Under the pieces are notes generated by a model, which made no database searches, was not told the DNA's origin, and saw nothing but the letters and a program-made list of their open reading frames with translations. Shown in pieces: positions 49,782 to 64,000 of a stretch of 64,000 nt of DNA. A program made the translations under genes and the position numbers. Source of the DNA: the human T2T-CHM13v2.0 reference genome, Homo sapiens; assembly GCF_009914755.1 (NCBI RefSeq), contig NC_060934.1. The stretch is one strand, 5' to 3'. Within the stretch, counting starts at the first letter, position 1. Each line of letters begins with the position of its first letter.

Positions 49782-52155
49782 TAGCACTTCTCAAAAATAC
49801 ATTACAGGACTGGATCATCTTTATTCTTAATAAATAAAAATGCCAAATTGGCCATAATTGTCAGTGTGTTTTCTCTTTTTAGCATTGGTTTATGGGGTAC
49901 TAGAAACATTTTTAGAATTATTCTATTTTTTATGTTCCTTATTAACTTGATAGTGTATTTCCTTCTCAGTGTTCCTTATGCTTCTTGTCTTAAACCAATG
50001 GTCCATCCATCCTGGGTGTAAATTAAACTGAGTATGACTAAACATAAAAAGAATTTAATGCTGCATGATAGTGAAACCCACCAGGATGGTTAGTGGTGTT
50101 CGGCTGAGTGCTGAGCCAACGGCCTGGAGACTGAGTCACAGCCAAATTGATCTCCACTCCCAGGGAAGGTGTGCTCTCCTGGCATGCCTTCAGAGCACTC
50201 ACGCCCTTCCATTTAGAAAAGTAACTATTTTATTATTGATTTAGAAAATAAATGAAACATACTATCATTGCCTTGAAGCACGCAGATGCTTGCAATATCT
50301 TCAGGAGCCCGTGAGGATCACAAATAGCACACTGGGAAATGTTTCACCACGCCAGCTTCCACCGACTGTAGGCGCCTGGGGGTACATCGGAACTCAGCCA
50401 TCTCTGCAGGTGACAGCCTCGTGGTGCCCAGCCCAGTGGGTTTTGCATAGGCTTAGATGCTTGCTATTTGTAGATTGTTGCTGATATTGCTTGATATTTG
50501 GAAGGGCAAAGAAAAAAAGGAGGGAAAGACCGACTACCTCCTCTTGAGTATATTCTGCTTCCCAGTATACAAGGGGGTTGACTGCACTGCCCAGGTCTGG
50601 ATCATGTCTACACAGCCCGAGGAATGAGAGGTGGTGGTTGGCAAGATGCAGCCAGGGCCGGAAAGAGATGCAGAGATCCCCCAGGAACCAGTGTGTGAAC
50701 TCTCTGGCCGTGTCCTCCCCCTGCCATGAAGAGCCGAGATAATGAAGATAGAACAAGCTCAGAGCAGGGCAGAGAAGCCATCCAGGAGACATGACTTACG
50801 GGAGGAGAGTTTAATTGGTTTAGCCTAAAAAGCCCATTACGCTCTCTGGTGGACACGGTAATGCTATAAATATCCACAAGGTGACAACAAGGGAGAGAGG
50901 ATGGGTCTGTCTCGCTGATAGACTGTTAAGACCGGCGGCGCAGGGGGAGGCAGGCCCTGCTGGGGGCTTGAGCTCATTTCAGGGGCTTGGAGATGTTTTT
51001 ACAGTGAGAATCCTTTGTTCAAATGAAAGCATACATGGAACTCTGTAACATGAAACAGATGGATAGCTAAGCTTCTCTAGCAGAAGCGAAGGTCATTCTT
51101 TGCCCCAACTCCTGCAGATACCTCACCTCACCCTCCCTGCAGCGCCCCGGCATCTCCTCTAGGCTCAGTTGGAAAACCTGTAGGTGAGCTACTCAGAGGC
51201 CCCCAGCTCTGACAGTCCTTGCTGGGGAGTGGCCGTGTCTAAGCAGGAGGTGAGGGTGAGGCACCCGAAAAGACAGTCTGTGGGGATGCAGCTTAAAGCA
51301 GGGCCCCTGTGTGGAAAGGGGTTTTTGCTGCCAAGAGATCCTGGGAGTGGTGAGACAGTACCCATCAAGCCTCGGGAAGGACTGAGCTCGTTAAATCACA
51401 AGTCGTATCTCACTGGCAGCTGCAGTCTTGGGAGCAGGCATTGGCAATGGATTGTGAGCAAGCGCATGCCTGTGGGGTCTCTCACATGGTCGGGAGGGGA
51501 GCTCAGCTTTCAGGGAGCATCTCAGAGTGTGCAGATGGGAGGGTGTTAGGGAAAAGGAGGCAGGGTGATGAGCACGGCGGCAGTCCCGGACCCGGAGTGT
51601 GGAGGCTGAGCTCCAATCCCTGCTCTCTGTAAATCTGCCATGTGACCTTGGGTTGTTTGGCTCTCAATTTCCTGATCTGAAACACAAGGTTGGATAAGAA
51701 GAGGGAGTGGGATGGAGGCGTAAGCTGCGGCCGCCCGTTCCCAGCCCTCTTCCGCCCTCTTATGGCCACCCCTGAACCAGCCTTTGCTAGGCGGCTTCCC
51801 AGGGCCTCCAGGGCCTGCGAGCCCAGTCTGGGAAAACTGGGCTTGGCAATGACCCTGGCAAGGGCATCCCAGGCCGTGGCTCCTGGATGAGAGAGACAGA
51901 ATCAAATCTGCCCTGGGGGGAGGGGAACTGGGAGAGCTCCTTTGCCAAGGGACCACACTTGGGGGCCACCCTTGAACCTCTTTCTAACAAGGAACAAAGG
52001 CAGCTCCACGAGTGACTCCTCTGCTCAGAAACACAGCTCTCTGCTGCCTGGAAATCACAAAAAGACGCTGAGTGATGGGGTGCCCTTCTATGCTCTGGTT
52101 CCCTCCCAGTTTCTTTCCTCCCAATTTCCCTCCTCATCTTCTATGCCTCTATTTA

Positions 52156-52482
<327 letters not shown>

Positions 52483-52818
52483 TCACACCTGTTATTCCTC
52501 AGTAGGAGCCATGGTGCACCTGGCCTTTTGTTCTTGGTTTTTCATCACTGTACAATGTTTTTTTCCTGCTGATCCATAATCCTTATGGTAGTAATTTAGC
52601 AGCTGCATGATTCATCATTATACAGACTGGTGGCTGTCAGTCTGAGTCTAGGGGCTGTCCAGGTGATGGCATCCAACTTCTCCTTTCACCCCAGGAACTC
52701 TGCATTTACCTTTCTCCCAGCTTCATTGTCTTGTTATAACACACTGGGGGTTTCAGGAAAGATTTTATTTGGAAAAAAAATCTGTGGTTTAAGACACTTA
52801 AAAATCACGGAGCTAGAT

Positions 52819-52872
52819 TAACAAATATGCACATAACCAAATGCATAACAAATATGCACATAACCAAATGCA
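52819..52872. repeat. Perfect 27-bp tandem duplication
   Basis: taacaaatatgcacataaccaaatgca occurs twice in tandem. Confidence 0.95.
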
Positions 52873-53618
52873 TCATTTCAAAGAATGGTTTTGCACATGC
52901 AGACTTTCCCTCTTTTAAAAGTGTCTCGCTGGCATTTTTTTTTCTCCCCTGCCTGGCGTTGTCCTTCTCTGGAGAATGCGTTTGCCTCGACCCTTCTATT
53001 AGAACAGGACTCCTGAGAGTCAGGGGCTGGGTCCTGCTCATTTCAAAGCCTGGCAAGGTGCCCCGCACACCGTGCACGCTCCCTTGTGGAACTGAATATG
53101 AAGGTGGCTCCACGGGGGAACTGGGACGTGCCTATGTTGGATGGACAAGACGTTCCAGTTCAGAATTTCTCAGCACACCAGGGAATGGCAGAGGTTCTCC
53201 AAGATAATTTTTGTTGTCAGGGTAGGGCCAAGACCACCTCCCTTGCCAGGCTCTGGGGGGACTCAGAGAGTCCTTGCCCTGGGAAGGGTTTTGTCAGGAG
53301 CACCAGATGAAACAGACCACGCTGGCCTCCCTCCAGGGTTCAGGACAGGCCTCGGCCTCGGCATTCATTGCTGGAGCCTTTCCCACATCCTCCACTGCAC
53401 ACTCGCTGGTCTGTGCCCATCACTGCACCTGAATGTCCTGCTGGTGAGGCACCTAGCTGAGAGAGATGTGTCCCTGGGCTCTGCTTGGAGGAATAACCCT
53501 TGGCCCATCTCCTGTGCTGTGACCCTCCACGCCTGCCCTCAAGTCATGTCCCCAGGAGGAAACTGCCAGCCAGTCCCCAGCAAGGGGGAATAGTGAATCA
53601 GAACACAAAGAGGCTTTT

Positions 53619-53898
<280 letters not shown>

Positions 53899-56800
53899 CT
53901 ACACCCTCATTTATTGATAACCTAATAGGGCAACGACTGGCTCAAGGCAGGGTCTAGGGTTCCTGGTGCCTCCATCAGCATCACAGTGTTAGGTGTGGCT
54001 CCCGACCCTCTTCCTTGCATCTCTCACTGGACAGGAAACAGGAGAAAAACACCACCGGCCTAGAACTTGGGAGACTTGATTTTTGGAGATCCCCATCAGA
54101 GTGAACTCGGGAACAGCACCTGAGCCCTCTTTCTGCCTTAGTTTATTCAACTATAAAGCAAGCAAGTTGACTCTCAGGTCTCCAAGGGGCGCCCAGGTGT
54201 GGTGTCTTATCGTTTACACGTGGGGAGTGGGATTGGTAAGGGATTCCATTTCCTTGGTTGTGGCTCCAGGAAAATGTCCTAAATCAGGGAGTACCGTGTG
54301 AGTTATCCAACCTGGGACACTTCTGAGAGTAAAAGGGAGTTTTGTTTATAAATACATAGGGACAACACGTGGAAACCAGGTAAACTGGTGCATATGGGTG
54401 CCTGGGTGATGGGATGTAGGTTAAGCCACAAGCACCCACACAGCTCACCTCCCAAGAATCCTGTAGGTTGCTTGCTGACAGGAACAGAAGAGCAGCAAGA
54501 TTAGTAATGCCGAAGACCAGACCTGTTTCTCCCTCTTCCCACTTGTGGCATGGCTGATACTGCAAGCTCCATTCCAGAGAGATGAGCCTCCTCCCACTGG
54601 GGAGTCCATGGGGCACATTGGATGCCCTGGGCGCATCACTGGGCTTCTTCCAAGAAAGAGCACTATGACAGCTTCTCTCTGAATGGCAGAACCTCTTGTT
54701 GGTTTATAAAGTCCTTTCATTGCACTTGAGCTCACTTCATCTTTATGGCATTCTCAGCGGGAAGGCATCATGATTCCCATTGTACAGGCGGGAAAATTGA
54801 CGCTCAGAGACATTAGCTTGTCCCAAATCCCATGGCTATAAGTGGCCAAGTTGGGCCCCAGCCCAGGTGTGTGGCCCACTCCTCTGGCCCTCCGCAGTCC
54901 ACCACACCCTGCTGGCCATGAGCTGCGGCTACACAGCACAGGCGTAAGTGCTTAGAATGGGAAGCAGAGTTTGGCGGTAGGGTCATAAATTATTTGCTAA
55001 AACCTCAGGCTAAGTACTAGGCATTCTGTGGTTTTTACTAAGTGCAAATGCCTTCCCTCAAGTAGAGGACCTCTGTAGGCTGGGCTTGCTCAGCCAGGAA
55101 TTCACCTTGGGATTCTGAAGATATGTATAGCTTCGCTGTTTGTGGATTTCACATTTATGAGCCCTTCCTTGGCACTTGTCATAACTGTCCGTTAAAAGTT
55201 TGCATTTTTCCCATCTGCAAGGGCCCCTCTCCAGCCTTTTGGGTTGAACTTGTCTCTACCTTGTTCAGGATTTTGGAACTATAACAAGGGAAGGAATTAC
55301 TAGTGAGGAAGCACTTACTATTTGCAGGATCCATCACTTCTGTTAGCTAGTTAAATCCTCAGTGTGAGCCTAGGAATTAATCGAACTTATTTTCAGATGT
55401 GAAAACGGAGTCTGTGATTTGGCTGAGTCACTCTAGGGAAGGGAGAAGCTGGTTCTTAAACCCCTGTGGAGCGGATTGCTTCTCCCTTCCCTGTAAGGGT
55501 GAGGGCCACCAATTCCAGGGAGTAGTTCTCAGAAGCCAGTGACGTCCTAGACAGGACTTTAAGCTACATTTAATTGAGGCCAAGGTGGAAGCTGTTCCAA
55601 GAACTCAGGGACACTTGGGAGTGTTAAAATCTGTTTCTAGAATTCCAAGGACAAAGACCTTGGAAAGCTGCTGACAAATGCCCATTAAAGGGCCTGTAGA
55701 ATTCAATTAAATCCAATGAACATTTATGACTGCCTCCTATAAGCCAGGTGCTGTGCCAGGTGCTTTGGGGAAGCAAAGCTGAATGGGCAGGTCCCTGCAG
55801 TTATGGAACTCCCTGGACAGCGACACTGGCATTTCTGGCCTCACCACACAGCAGCCCCATGCCACCGAGATGGAAGAACAAAGAATTCTCTGGCAGGGGC
55901 CATCAAACGTGTTTATGAAGCATTGAGTTCTGGAACCTTCTCCTGTAGCCCATCCACATTGGCATTTTCAAAGACTTAAGAAGGAAGGACATTTGTTTAT
56001 CTTTCTTTAGAGTTTCCCGAACTTATCCAACAGTGGAGCTCCCTCCTCCTATGTCCTCTTGCCCCTGGTGGAGTATTTACTAACATCCTCATAATATTCC
56101 ATGGAACACATTATGGGATACGGCAGCCTGGGGGCAGCTCCATGGTGGGCCTGGGAGGCTAATGGACATGTTCTCTTCTTTTAGAATAAATCGTTTGGGG
56201 ATGTCATTACTTCTTGCTCTTTGCTCTCTCGGACAGAAGATGCATCTGCGGATGCTTGGGTTTAGCTTTGGTAGCTTACTTAAAAGGGCGTCTTTCAAAA
56301 TTGGGGATTACTCAGGGCTTTCAGCCTTTTCGCTAAAGAGATCCCTTGGGTCAGCATACGAGTGTTTGGGGCACACAAACATGGCCACAGCTTTCATAAC
56401 ATATGCAATAGCACAATTTCCAACAGGGGACTGATGCAGCCTAAATTTTAACAGAGAAAACACACTGGAAAACAACACGGGGAGGGGCCATTTGGCCTCT
56501 AGCTTGGGGGCTTTGGTCAACAGGGCTCCACTTTCATCTCTACTGAGGTCACCTTGCCCCACTGGCCAGACTCCAGGCACTTATTTGCAGGATGAAAATG
56601 GGTGGGCAGCTGTCGACAGTATCACAACATCCAAGCCTTGGCCTCGTGTATCTGTGGCCTCTTCTTGGAGGTGACACATTGATAAAGCTGTTTACCCAGC
56701 ACAGCCAGTGCAAGGAAGTAACTTAGATCCCCAAGGCTGTGGCAAAATTAAATGCCTTCATGGGTGTGGTGACATTTTTCCTTGGTTGAGAAATAGCCTG

Positions 56801-57039
56801 GCACCATGACTAGGGCACGTTCTCCAGTGTCACACAGGCTTGGCCCTGCCTTGGGCCTGTTGTGTAATCTTTCTGAGCCTTGGGCTTTTCTGTAAAACAA
56901 GGATAATTCCTACCTTCGAATGTCCAGTTCTTGATGAATTTAGAGGCCCCCTGGGGTCTACCTTTAGGATTAGATTGTCAAGTCAATGTGAAAATGCTTT
57001 ATAAACTGTAAAGCTCTGTACAAATGGAGAAGATTGTAG

Positions 57040-57270
57040 CCAAACTTTACTGAGTACTCTCTGTTCGCTGGAGTCTGTTCTCAATGAGTTACACGCATTA
57101 TCTCATGGAAGACTCATAACAACCCTATGAGGTCGGATACTATGATTCTCCCCATCTGACAGACGAGAAAACTGAGCCTCAGAGAGGTCGAGTAACTTGC
57201 CTAAGGTTACATGTGATGGAACTGGATTTCCTCCCAGGTCTGTTTCTTTGCAGAGCCCCAGACCTCAGTT
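57040..57270 (-). mobile_element. MIR (one of several between 54.7 and 58.8 kb)
   Basis: ctcataacaaccctatgagg...gagaaaactgagcctcagagaggtcgagtaacttgcctaaggttaca. Confidence 0.8.
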
Positions 57271-58549
57271 CTGTAATCTTTGCTGGAGAAGAAGTATTCT
57301 CCTATTGGGGGCTGGCCAGGGGAGAGGGGAGTCTGAACATTCTGAGGGAGGCACAGGATTCTAGAGGCTCCGAGTTCTTTCCTGGAGTCTTTTATGTTAG
57401 GTACCCCCAAAGAGAGAAGCAGCCTTCTCACCCTGGCCCCTGCAGATAAGGGTCCTTCCCTTTCTCCTGGTGATGAGGTAGGAGCATGATGAGGGTACTG
57501 CTTCTGCTGTTGCTGTGATGTTACTGGTAATATGGACAGTTATGGAACCTTTTATCTTGCTTCATCCTCACAACAACTATGAGGGAGAGAAAGCACAACA
57601 CCCCACTTCATAGTTGGGGAAACTGAGGCATAGAGAAAACTTGTGCCTGGTAAGCTCCAGAGCTGAGACCCAAACCCCGATGCTGGCTCTCGAGCCTGAA
57701 CTTCACATCCTCGGAATGTTGGGGTTTCAGACCCTCTGGAAGGCCCCAAGGTGAAGCACCTCCTGTGGTCCAGTTCCCAGGCCAGGTCTGGAGAGAAAGA
57801 GGTGGGCTCTCCATATATTTCCATCTTACCAATCTTTACAATTGAGGTACATCCGACTGTGCTGATCTCACAGATGAGCAAAGGCAGGTTTAGAGAGTTT
57901 ACAGAGATGTGTCCAAGACCACCTAGCTAGGAAGGAGTGCCAGTCTGCTGGGCTCCAAAGCCCACCTTTGTCCCTCTACCTCTCAGTCACCCTTAGGAAC
58001 CCTTCTGCTCTCTGAAGTTCTCATCCAAGCACACTGTGTGCTTCTCAGTGGGGCACCCATGGGACCAGGACTCTCGGCATATTTACTTTAAGCCTCTTTC
58101 TCAGCAGCTCAGACCCAAAGACAGGTGGTAAGAAGAGAGGGGGAAACATGGTAATGAGGGGGACCAAATCACCCATCTTACCCCTGTGATGGCCACACCC
58201 ATAAGAGTCTCTGCAGATAACTTTGGCCTCTGGATGGACATTTTCCTGTTCAGAAACTATGACCTGCTCTTCTCCTCCCAGAATCTCATGCTCTTCATGC
58301 ATCGTAGCAGCACAGAAGGCACCAGGACCAGGAACTTACAGGAAAACTCAGGTCACGAGATCTGAGGCATGGTTGCAAGATCCAGGCGCAGAGTCACTGT
58401 GCTGGGAAGTGCTAATGGCGGGAGGGGTGTCTGCACAGGCTGAGCTGAGGGAAGCAGGGATAATGCATTCATTTATTTACTTCTTCCTTTCACTATGCTT
58501 TATTAAACACCTACTGTGTGCCAGGCACCGTGGTGAGTGCTGGGATTAA

Positions 58550-58770
58550 GAACAGAGGCTTTGGAGCTCATTGGACTGAATTCAAATTCCAGCTCCATCC
58601 CTGGGCAAGTCACTTAACCTTACTGCTCATCAGTATCCTCAGCTCCAAAATGGACACAGTGGCAGCACCCCACTCACTGAGCTGCAGTGAGGATTAGATG
58701 AGGTTATGTATATTAAGTACTTACAGCAGTGCATGGCTTATAGTAAGAGCTGAATAAATGGTGGCTATTA
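58550..58770 (+). mobile_element. MIR inserted in an L2 fragment
   Basis: ttcaaattccagctcc...gggcaagtcacttaacct...gtgaggattagatgag. L2-like cattcatt...cacctactgtgtgccaggcac lies upstream. Confidence 0.75.
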
Positions 58771-59944
58771 GTGCTATTATTATCTCTGTCCTTGGGAGTT
58801 CACAGTCTGGTGAGGCACAGGCATTAAAAGAAACAGATAATTTCCTAATGACTTGGGCCAGGAAGTGAGCTACACTGAGTAATGAGTGTCAGAATTTCCT
58901 GCCTCCCTGCTCTCTATGAAATGCACTGAGGTCACATTCTGTGCTTTGTTTCAGGATGGAGTCTGACTGGAAGTACTCCCTCTGCCCTGGGTGCTAGGGG
59001 GCTGAGGTCCAGAAAAGGGGTCCTTGCCATCTTCCCTTGTTTGGTTTCACCTTCTGAAAGGAGAGAAAAACTGTTGGGATTGGAAGGAGGAACCAAGGCT
59101 CCTTACAATTCTGCACTGCAGACAAGAGACAATGAGATGGAAAATCCAAATGGCCAAATGAATATATAAGAGCAGGAAGTTTGACAGTTTTGATGACAAG
59201 CAGCACATGAAATGATAATCCCCTGGCAGGTGACAAGCATTTTGGAAGCAACAGAACAGAAAGGGATTAGTGGGGTGAAGTTAGGGACCCTTGCTCCCTG
59301 GTCTGGTGGAATGCCTCTGGGGGAAGGGGGACCACGTCCACTTTCTAGACTTTGCAGAGGGCTTCGTCACCTGAAAGGATCACCCAGAGGCCGACTATTC
59401 TCAAGCGTCACTGCTTTTGTTATACTCATGATCTTAAGGACAATATTTGCCCAGGGGCAGAGGGAACTAGACTTTCCAGGGGCCCCAGAAAGACTCAGTT
59501 TTAATCAAAATGGTGAACACCTTTCTGTCAGATCCTAACTGTAGAACATACACACTTTATTTTGTTCTTTTGTATTGTCAACTTTGTACCCAAAAGATCA
59601 TCTCTCAAGAGCTATCTTTAAAGAGATTTTTTTTTTTAAATGATGTCTCAATTTAGAGTCAATCATAGTCTGGATGGAAAATTCTCCTTCCAGGAGGTCA
59701 GGTGTGCTGATCTTAGGATGAGATAGTACTGAAGCTAAACGTGCCTCTGAGGTTTGCCTGCTGGTGGGGCCAGTCCCCACCAGCCACTGACAGAGTCCAG
59801 GCAGGTTCTAGGCCCCACAGTTATATTAAGCCAAGACTCTGGGCAAGAGTCAGACTGAGGAAAAGGGACCCCCAGAGGAGGGATTGACTGGTGAACCAGC
59901 ATCACCCCAGGTAATGACACTTCCCATTCGGAGTGATCTTTTCT

Positions 59945-60380
59945 TGGTGGGTATAATAGTGGCCCCCAAAAGATATGTCCACGCCTTAACCCCCTGGAAC
60001 CTACGAATGTGACCTTATTTGAAAAATGGTTTCTGCAGATGTGATCAAATTAAGGATCTTGAGGTGAGATTATCCTGGATTATCTGGGTGGGCTCTAAAT
60101 CCTTACAAGAAATAGAAGAGAAGGGGCCATGTGAAGACAGAGGCAGAGCTGGAGGGGGGCAGCCATGAGCCAACGGGTGCTTGGAGCCACGAGGAGCTGG
60201 AGGAGGCGAGGAAGGCTTCCGTAGAGCCTTTGGAAGGCGGGCAGCCTTGCTGATGCCTTGATTTGGACCTTGTGTTACTGATTTTGGACTTGTGGCCTCC
60301 ACAATTGTGATAGAATAAATTCTGCTGTATTCAGACTCCACGCCTGTGGTCATTTGCTATGGCAGCTGTCGGAAATGGAT
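59945..60380 (+). mobile_element. MLT1C/D-like MaLR LTR
   Basis: ggcccccaaaagatatgtccacg...gaatgtgaccttatttg...ttaaggatcttgag...agaataaattctg. Confidence 0.82.
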
Positions 60381-63300
60381 CCAGTGGGGACAGAACTAAG
60401 TGATGAAAACATTCATTGAAGAGCTGAGCCCATGAAGACCATGGCTAACAAACAGGCAGGAGGCCCAAGGTGGGTTGTTGAAGACAGAGAGGAAGAGGGG
60501 TCCACAGCCTCTCATCCTCATCCTCGGCCAGCATAAGCTCAGGCCAAAGATGAGCTCACCCTGAAGTACCCAGGCGAGCACCATCCCGGGTGACGTGGGC
60601 GGTCATGGCGCCTCTCTCTTCGAATCTTGCGCAGATGGCCCTGGTGCCTCTCTCTTTGATTCTTGCTTTTCCATCCTTCCCATTATGCCCACTGGCTTGC
60701 CGTGGTTACAAGGAAGAGATCTGCTCAGGTGATTTAAGAAAGCGTGAGCACATGGGGCCCAGACATATCATCTCAGCAGCAGCCCAAGTCACACTGGAAT
60801 CCGGTACTTCAACCACGTGCTGGTGGCTGCTGGGCTCAGGACAGTGCTGGTGACCCTGGGGGAACTGCCCTCAGTCCTGGGGCACTTCTGACACCAGAGT
60901 CCTACATCTGGGGAGCTGGAAGGGGCTTTCTGAACTCTCATGGACTGGATTCCTACACACAACAGCTCAGTCTTCTCACCCCCGATCCTTAATTTTTTAC
61001 ACATACTTCTCCTCCACTGCTGGGCAGACTTAGGAGCCCACAGCATGAATGAACAAGCAGCAAGCAGATGCTAAGAGAAACTTCGCACGCAGCCAGTCTC
61101 AGCTTGGCAGCTTATTATTTTTTTTCTAGAACACGTGTGTTTGTGGTTGTGATATTATATTGCATACATTAATATAGTCATATTTTCTGCTCGTAAAATT
61201 GTTCCTGGCTCATATAATGGGATTAAATATATCAGTATTTCATGGTGTTCCGCAAAAAGCCCCATAACTTCCAGGTGCTCAGCCACATGGGCAAGTTTGA
61301 GAACCACTGATCTATAATAAAGTAAAATCATCGAACACATAAGTAAGCAGGAGGTCTGAAAGGAATCATTTGTCACCAATCCATCAGCATTCTGGGAGGT
61401 GGTAATTGTCCATGTGTACAGGCAAACTGATAAATGAAAGTTATTTTAAATTTTCAAAAAGTATTTGATTATACTTTGCATCTAATAGAATTGATATGAA
61501 ACACTGAAGACCTCTCTTGGCTCTCAGGGCCAAGCCAGAAAATCAGCCTTAGGACTTCATGAAATAAACATAGCCTTGTGACTTCATGGCCACGCTTTGA
61601 TTTGTCCATCTCATTCTGTCCACGTAAATGGAGGCTGCATGTGTAAACGCCACATCACAGATGCTGGCCCTGGCCCCAGAGTTCATAGGGTCTGCCGCTC
61701 CATCAGTTGACTTGGGAAGTGTCCTCAGGAGAAAGGAATATCCTGGCATCTGGGTCATTGTCTCCCTAATCTGAACTGAATCCTACTGAGGTATCAAATT
61801 CAACCTGCAAAGGGTCCTCAAGTCCCTGAAAACTATTCTCAGCAGTTATTTGCAGGAAGACATTCTTTAAAGGCCAGGAAGCCTGGATGTTGTCCACCTG
61901 CTAGAAGACATTGTTCTGCCTCCTGCGGAACCCAGCAATGGACTGGCTCCAGGTGGAGCGTGGAATGCATGTTAGTCACTGGGCATCCTCGAACTGGAGA
62001 CGGTTTAGAGAAGTCTGCTGAAGACCAAGGGGGTAATGATTTGTGATAAGAAGACAGAGAAATAACAAAGAATAATCATGCAGTAATAATAAAAATAAAA
62101 TAAGCCTCTCTTAATTATAATGTAGTAATATCATATGATGAGGATGAGAAAGAAGAAAATGGCTCAGAAAAAGCAAGTTAAGCCAAGAATGAACTTTAGG
62201 CCTGGAAAGGGTGACTCCAACTTTGGCAAAAGGAATTGTGCCTTTGTAAGATGGAGTTCATGATGAGAAAGCATAGGCAGAAAACTTAACAAGAGAAAAC
62301 AAGATGCAGCAAAATCTTCCTTTGATGGATCCACAACTGGCTCTTAAAGAAAATTCTGGGTTCAGAGGCGTGTTGTTTATTCCGTGATCATTTATTCAGA
62401 CCCTGTCCCTACCGTGTGTTAGACACTGGGCTAGGCCCTGCGGAAACAACTGTTCAGAAGACAGACACTGTCCTGCCCTTTAAGGAATGAACTCTTCGGT
62501 GAGGAATCCATTAACACAGGTGGTAATTACAATGTCATGTGATAAGGGTTATCACTAGGAACCCAGGACCCCCCAGTCGAGGGAGCAGGGATAAGGGTGG
62601 CCATCCCCGTGTCTCTGCTAGAGAAGGAACCTGGCTTACTGAGCCCTGGGCAGTGTCTCTCACACTAGGACACATCATGGTCCCTGGAGAGCAGCTACCA
62701 GGAGCGCAGATCATTTTGAAAGCATTTTAATGACAGGGTCCATTCATAATGCAGCTACTGCAGCCCCAGAAACTCAGACAACGGGCAATACGATGGAGTC
62801 TACACTATTATAAATATTTGATCTCCTAAAACAATATTACCGTAAATATTATTCACTGCCCTGGAAAGCTTCAAGCTCATAGTTTAAATTTCCCCCATTA
62901 GGAGCCTAATGAAGAGGATTTCAAAGTGCACTATCTGGGGACAGGGCTTCCTGGCAGGCTCCAGGCTAGGCCCTGGGGAGGGAGGGTAAATGCAGGCCAG
63001 GTGGTGCTGGCTCTGGGTGAGGAAGACAGGCAGGCCCAGAGGGAGGAGTACCGCAGATGTCAGTGGAGAAGCCTGCACTGGGGCCCCTGGGGATCTGGGG
63101 GAACCTAGCAGGGAGGCTGCACTTTATCCAGGGTCCCAGAGAGGAGTATGGGACTGCGGCTGACTCTGCTTCAGATTCACTGGGTGGCCTCAGGCTCAGT
63201 ACAAAGTCACCTCATCTGCCAAATACAGACAATACCCGGCCCTACCTTCTGTGGTGAACATGCGGGAGAATGTAGGGACCTAGCACAGGGCTCTGCACGT

Positions 63301-64000
63301 ATTAAGTGCCTAGGAAATACCAGCTGTTAGCACTGCAGCGAGCGCGGCTCCTGCATTCTGCTGCTGCTGCTACTGCTGCTAATTGACAGCCCACATCCTT
63401 CAGGTTACAACCCATCCCCCTCAGCACGGCCCACAAGCCCCTCCTCCATCTTAACCACCTCTCTGCTGAGACAGGCCCCAGGCCCTGGCAGACACTTGGT
63501 GTTGCCCCTCATGGCACTCGCCCTCCTTGCGCTTCCCCTGCTGCTTGTTCTCTGTGGCTGGAACGCTCACGTCCCCCTCTGCCTGGCCAGCTCCTTCGGG
63601 TCCATGATGCTTTAACTGCCGGTGCCCCGTCCGTGGAGCCTCCCTGACCCTCGGGCACCCGGGAGACCTCTCCTGTGGGCTCCCCGAGGGCCCTGATTCT
63701 CTGTGATAGGTGCTTGCTGGCCAATTCCCTCTCCATGCAGCCATGAGCCTCTGGCAAGCAAGGATGGAGCCTCACTCATCTTTCTACCTCGAGGGCCCAG
63801 CAGAGTGCTTGGTGCATGGGGCTCAGTAGTTGCTTGTTGAATGAATGAATGTATTACACAGAGATTTACAATCTCCAAAGGATTTTCATACCTGGTGTGC
63901 TTTTGCTCTATGGGATGTCCTGGGAGCATTGTGGTGCTTCTCAGAGGCTCAGGGAGGCTAAGCGAATTGTCCAGAGGTACTCAGCAAGTTAGGAGCATGA

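Noticed and set aside
63357-63380. CTG trinucleotide repeat
   Set aside because: Only about 7 units and interrupted by CTA, so too short to be notable.

Overview
This is mammalian genomic DNA, almost certainly human given the Alu content and the protein match. Bases 1 to about 10.3 kb carry the 5' half of LOXL4 (lysyl oxidase-like 4) on the minus strand. That part has a CpG-island promoter, non-coding exon 1 and coding exons 2-8. All seven coding exons have GT-AG boundaries and splice in frame to 1260 nt / 420 aa, covering the signal peptide and SRCR1-3; the gene continues off the left edge. The remaining ~54 kb is upstream intergenic DNA with no supportable protein-coding gene. It is rich in nested retroelements and DNA transposon relics (Alu, L1, L2, MIR, MaLR/ERVL LTRs, MER2, MER5, MER30), microsatellites and a few non-repeat enhancer-like blocks. 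I see no evidence for a wholly new multi-gene system. The best leads are: (1) a 20-nt candidate poison microexon in LOXL4 intron 2; (2) a symmetric 39-nt exon 5 that appears LOXL4-specific among paralogs; (3) a perfect TG/CA hairpin upstream of the first coding exon; (4) a 180-nt pure-purine double GAA tract ~8 kb upstream; (5) a recent-looking ~240-bp inverted duplication with a templated junction inside an old L1; and (6) a tailless Alu with target-site duplications. Repeat subfamily names are recalled from consensus sequences, not from a RepeatMasker run.
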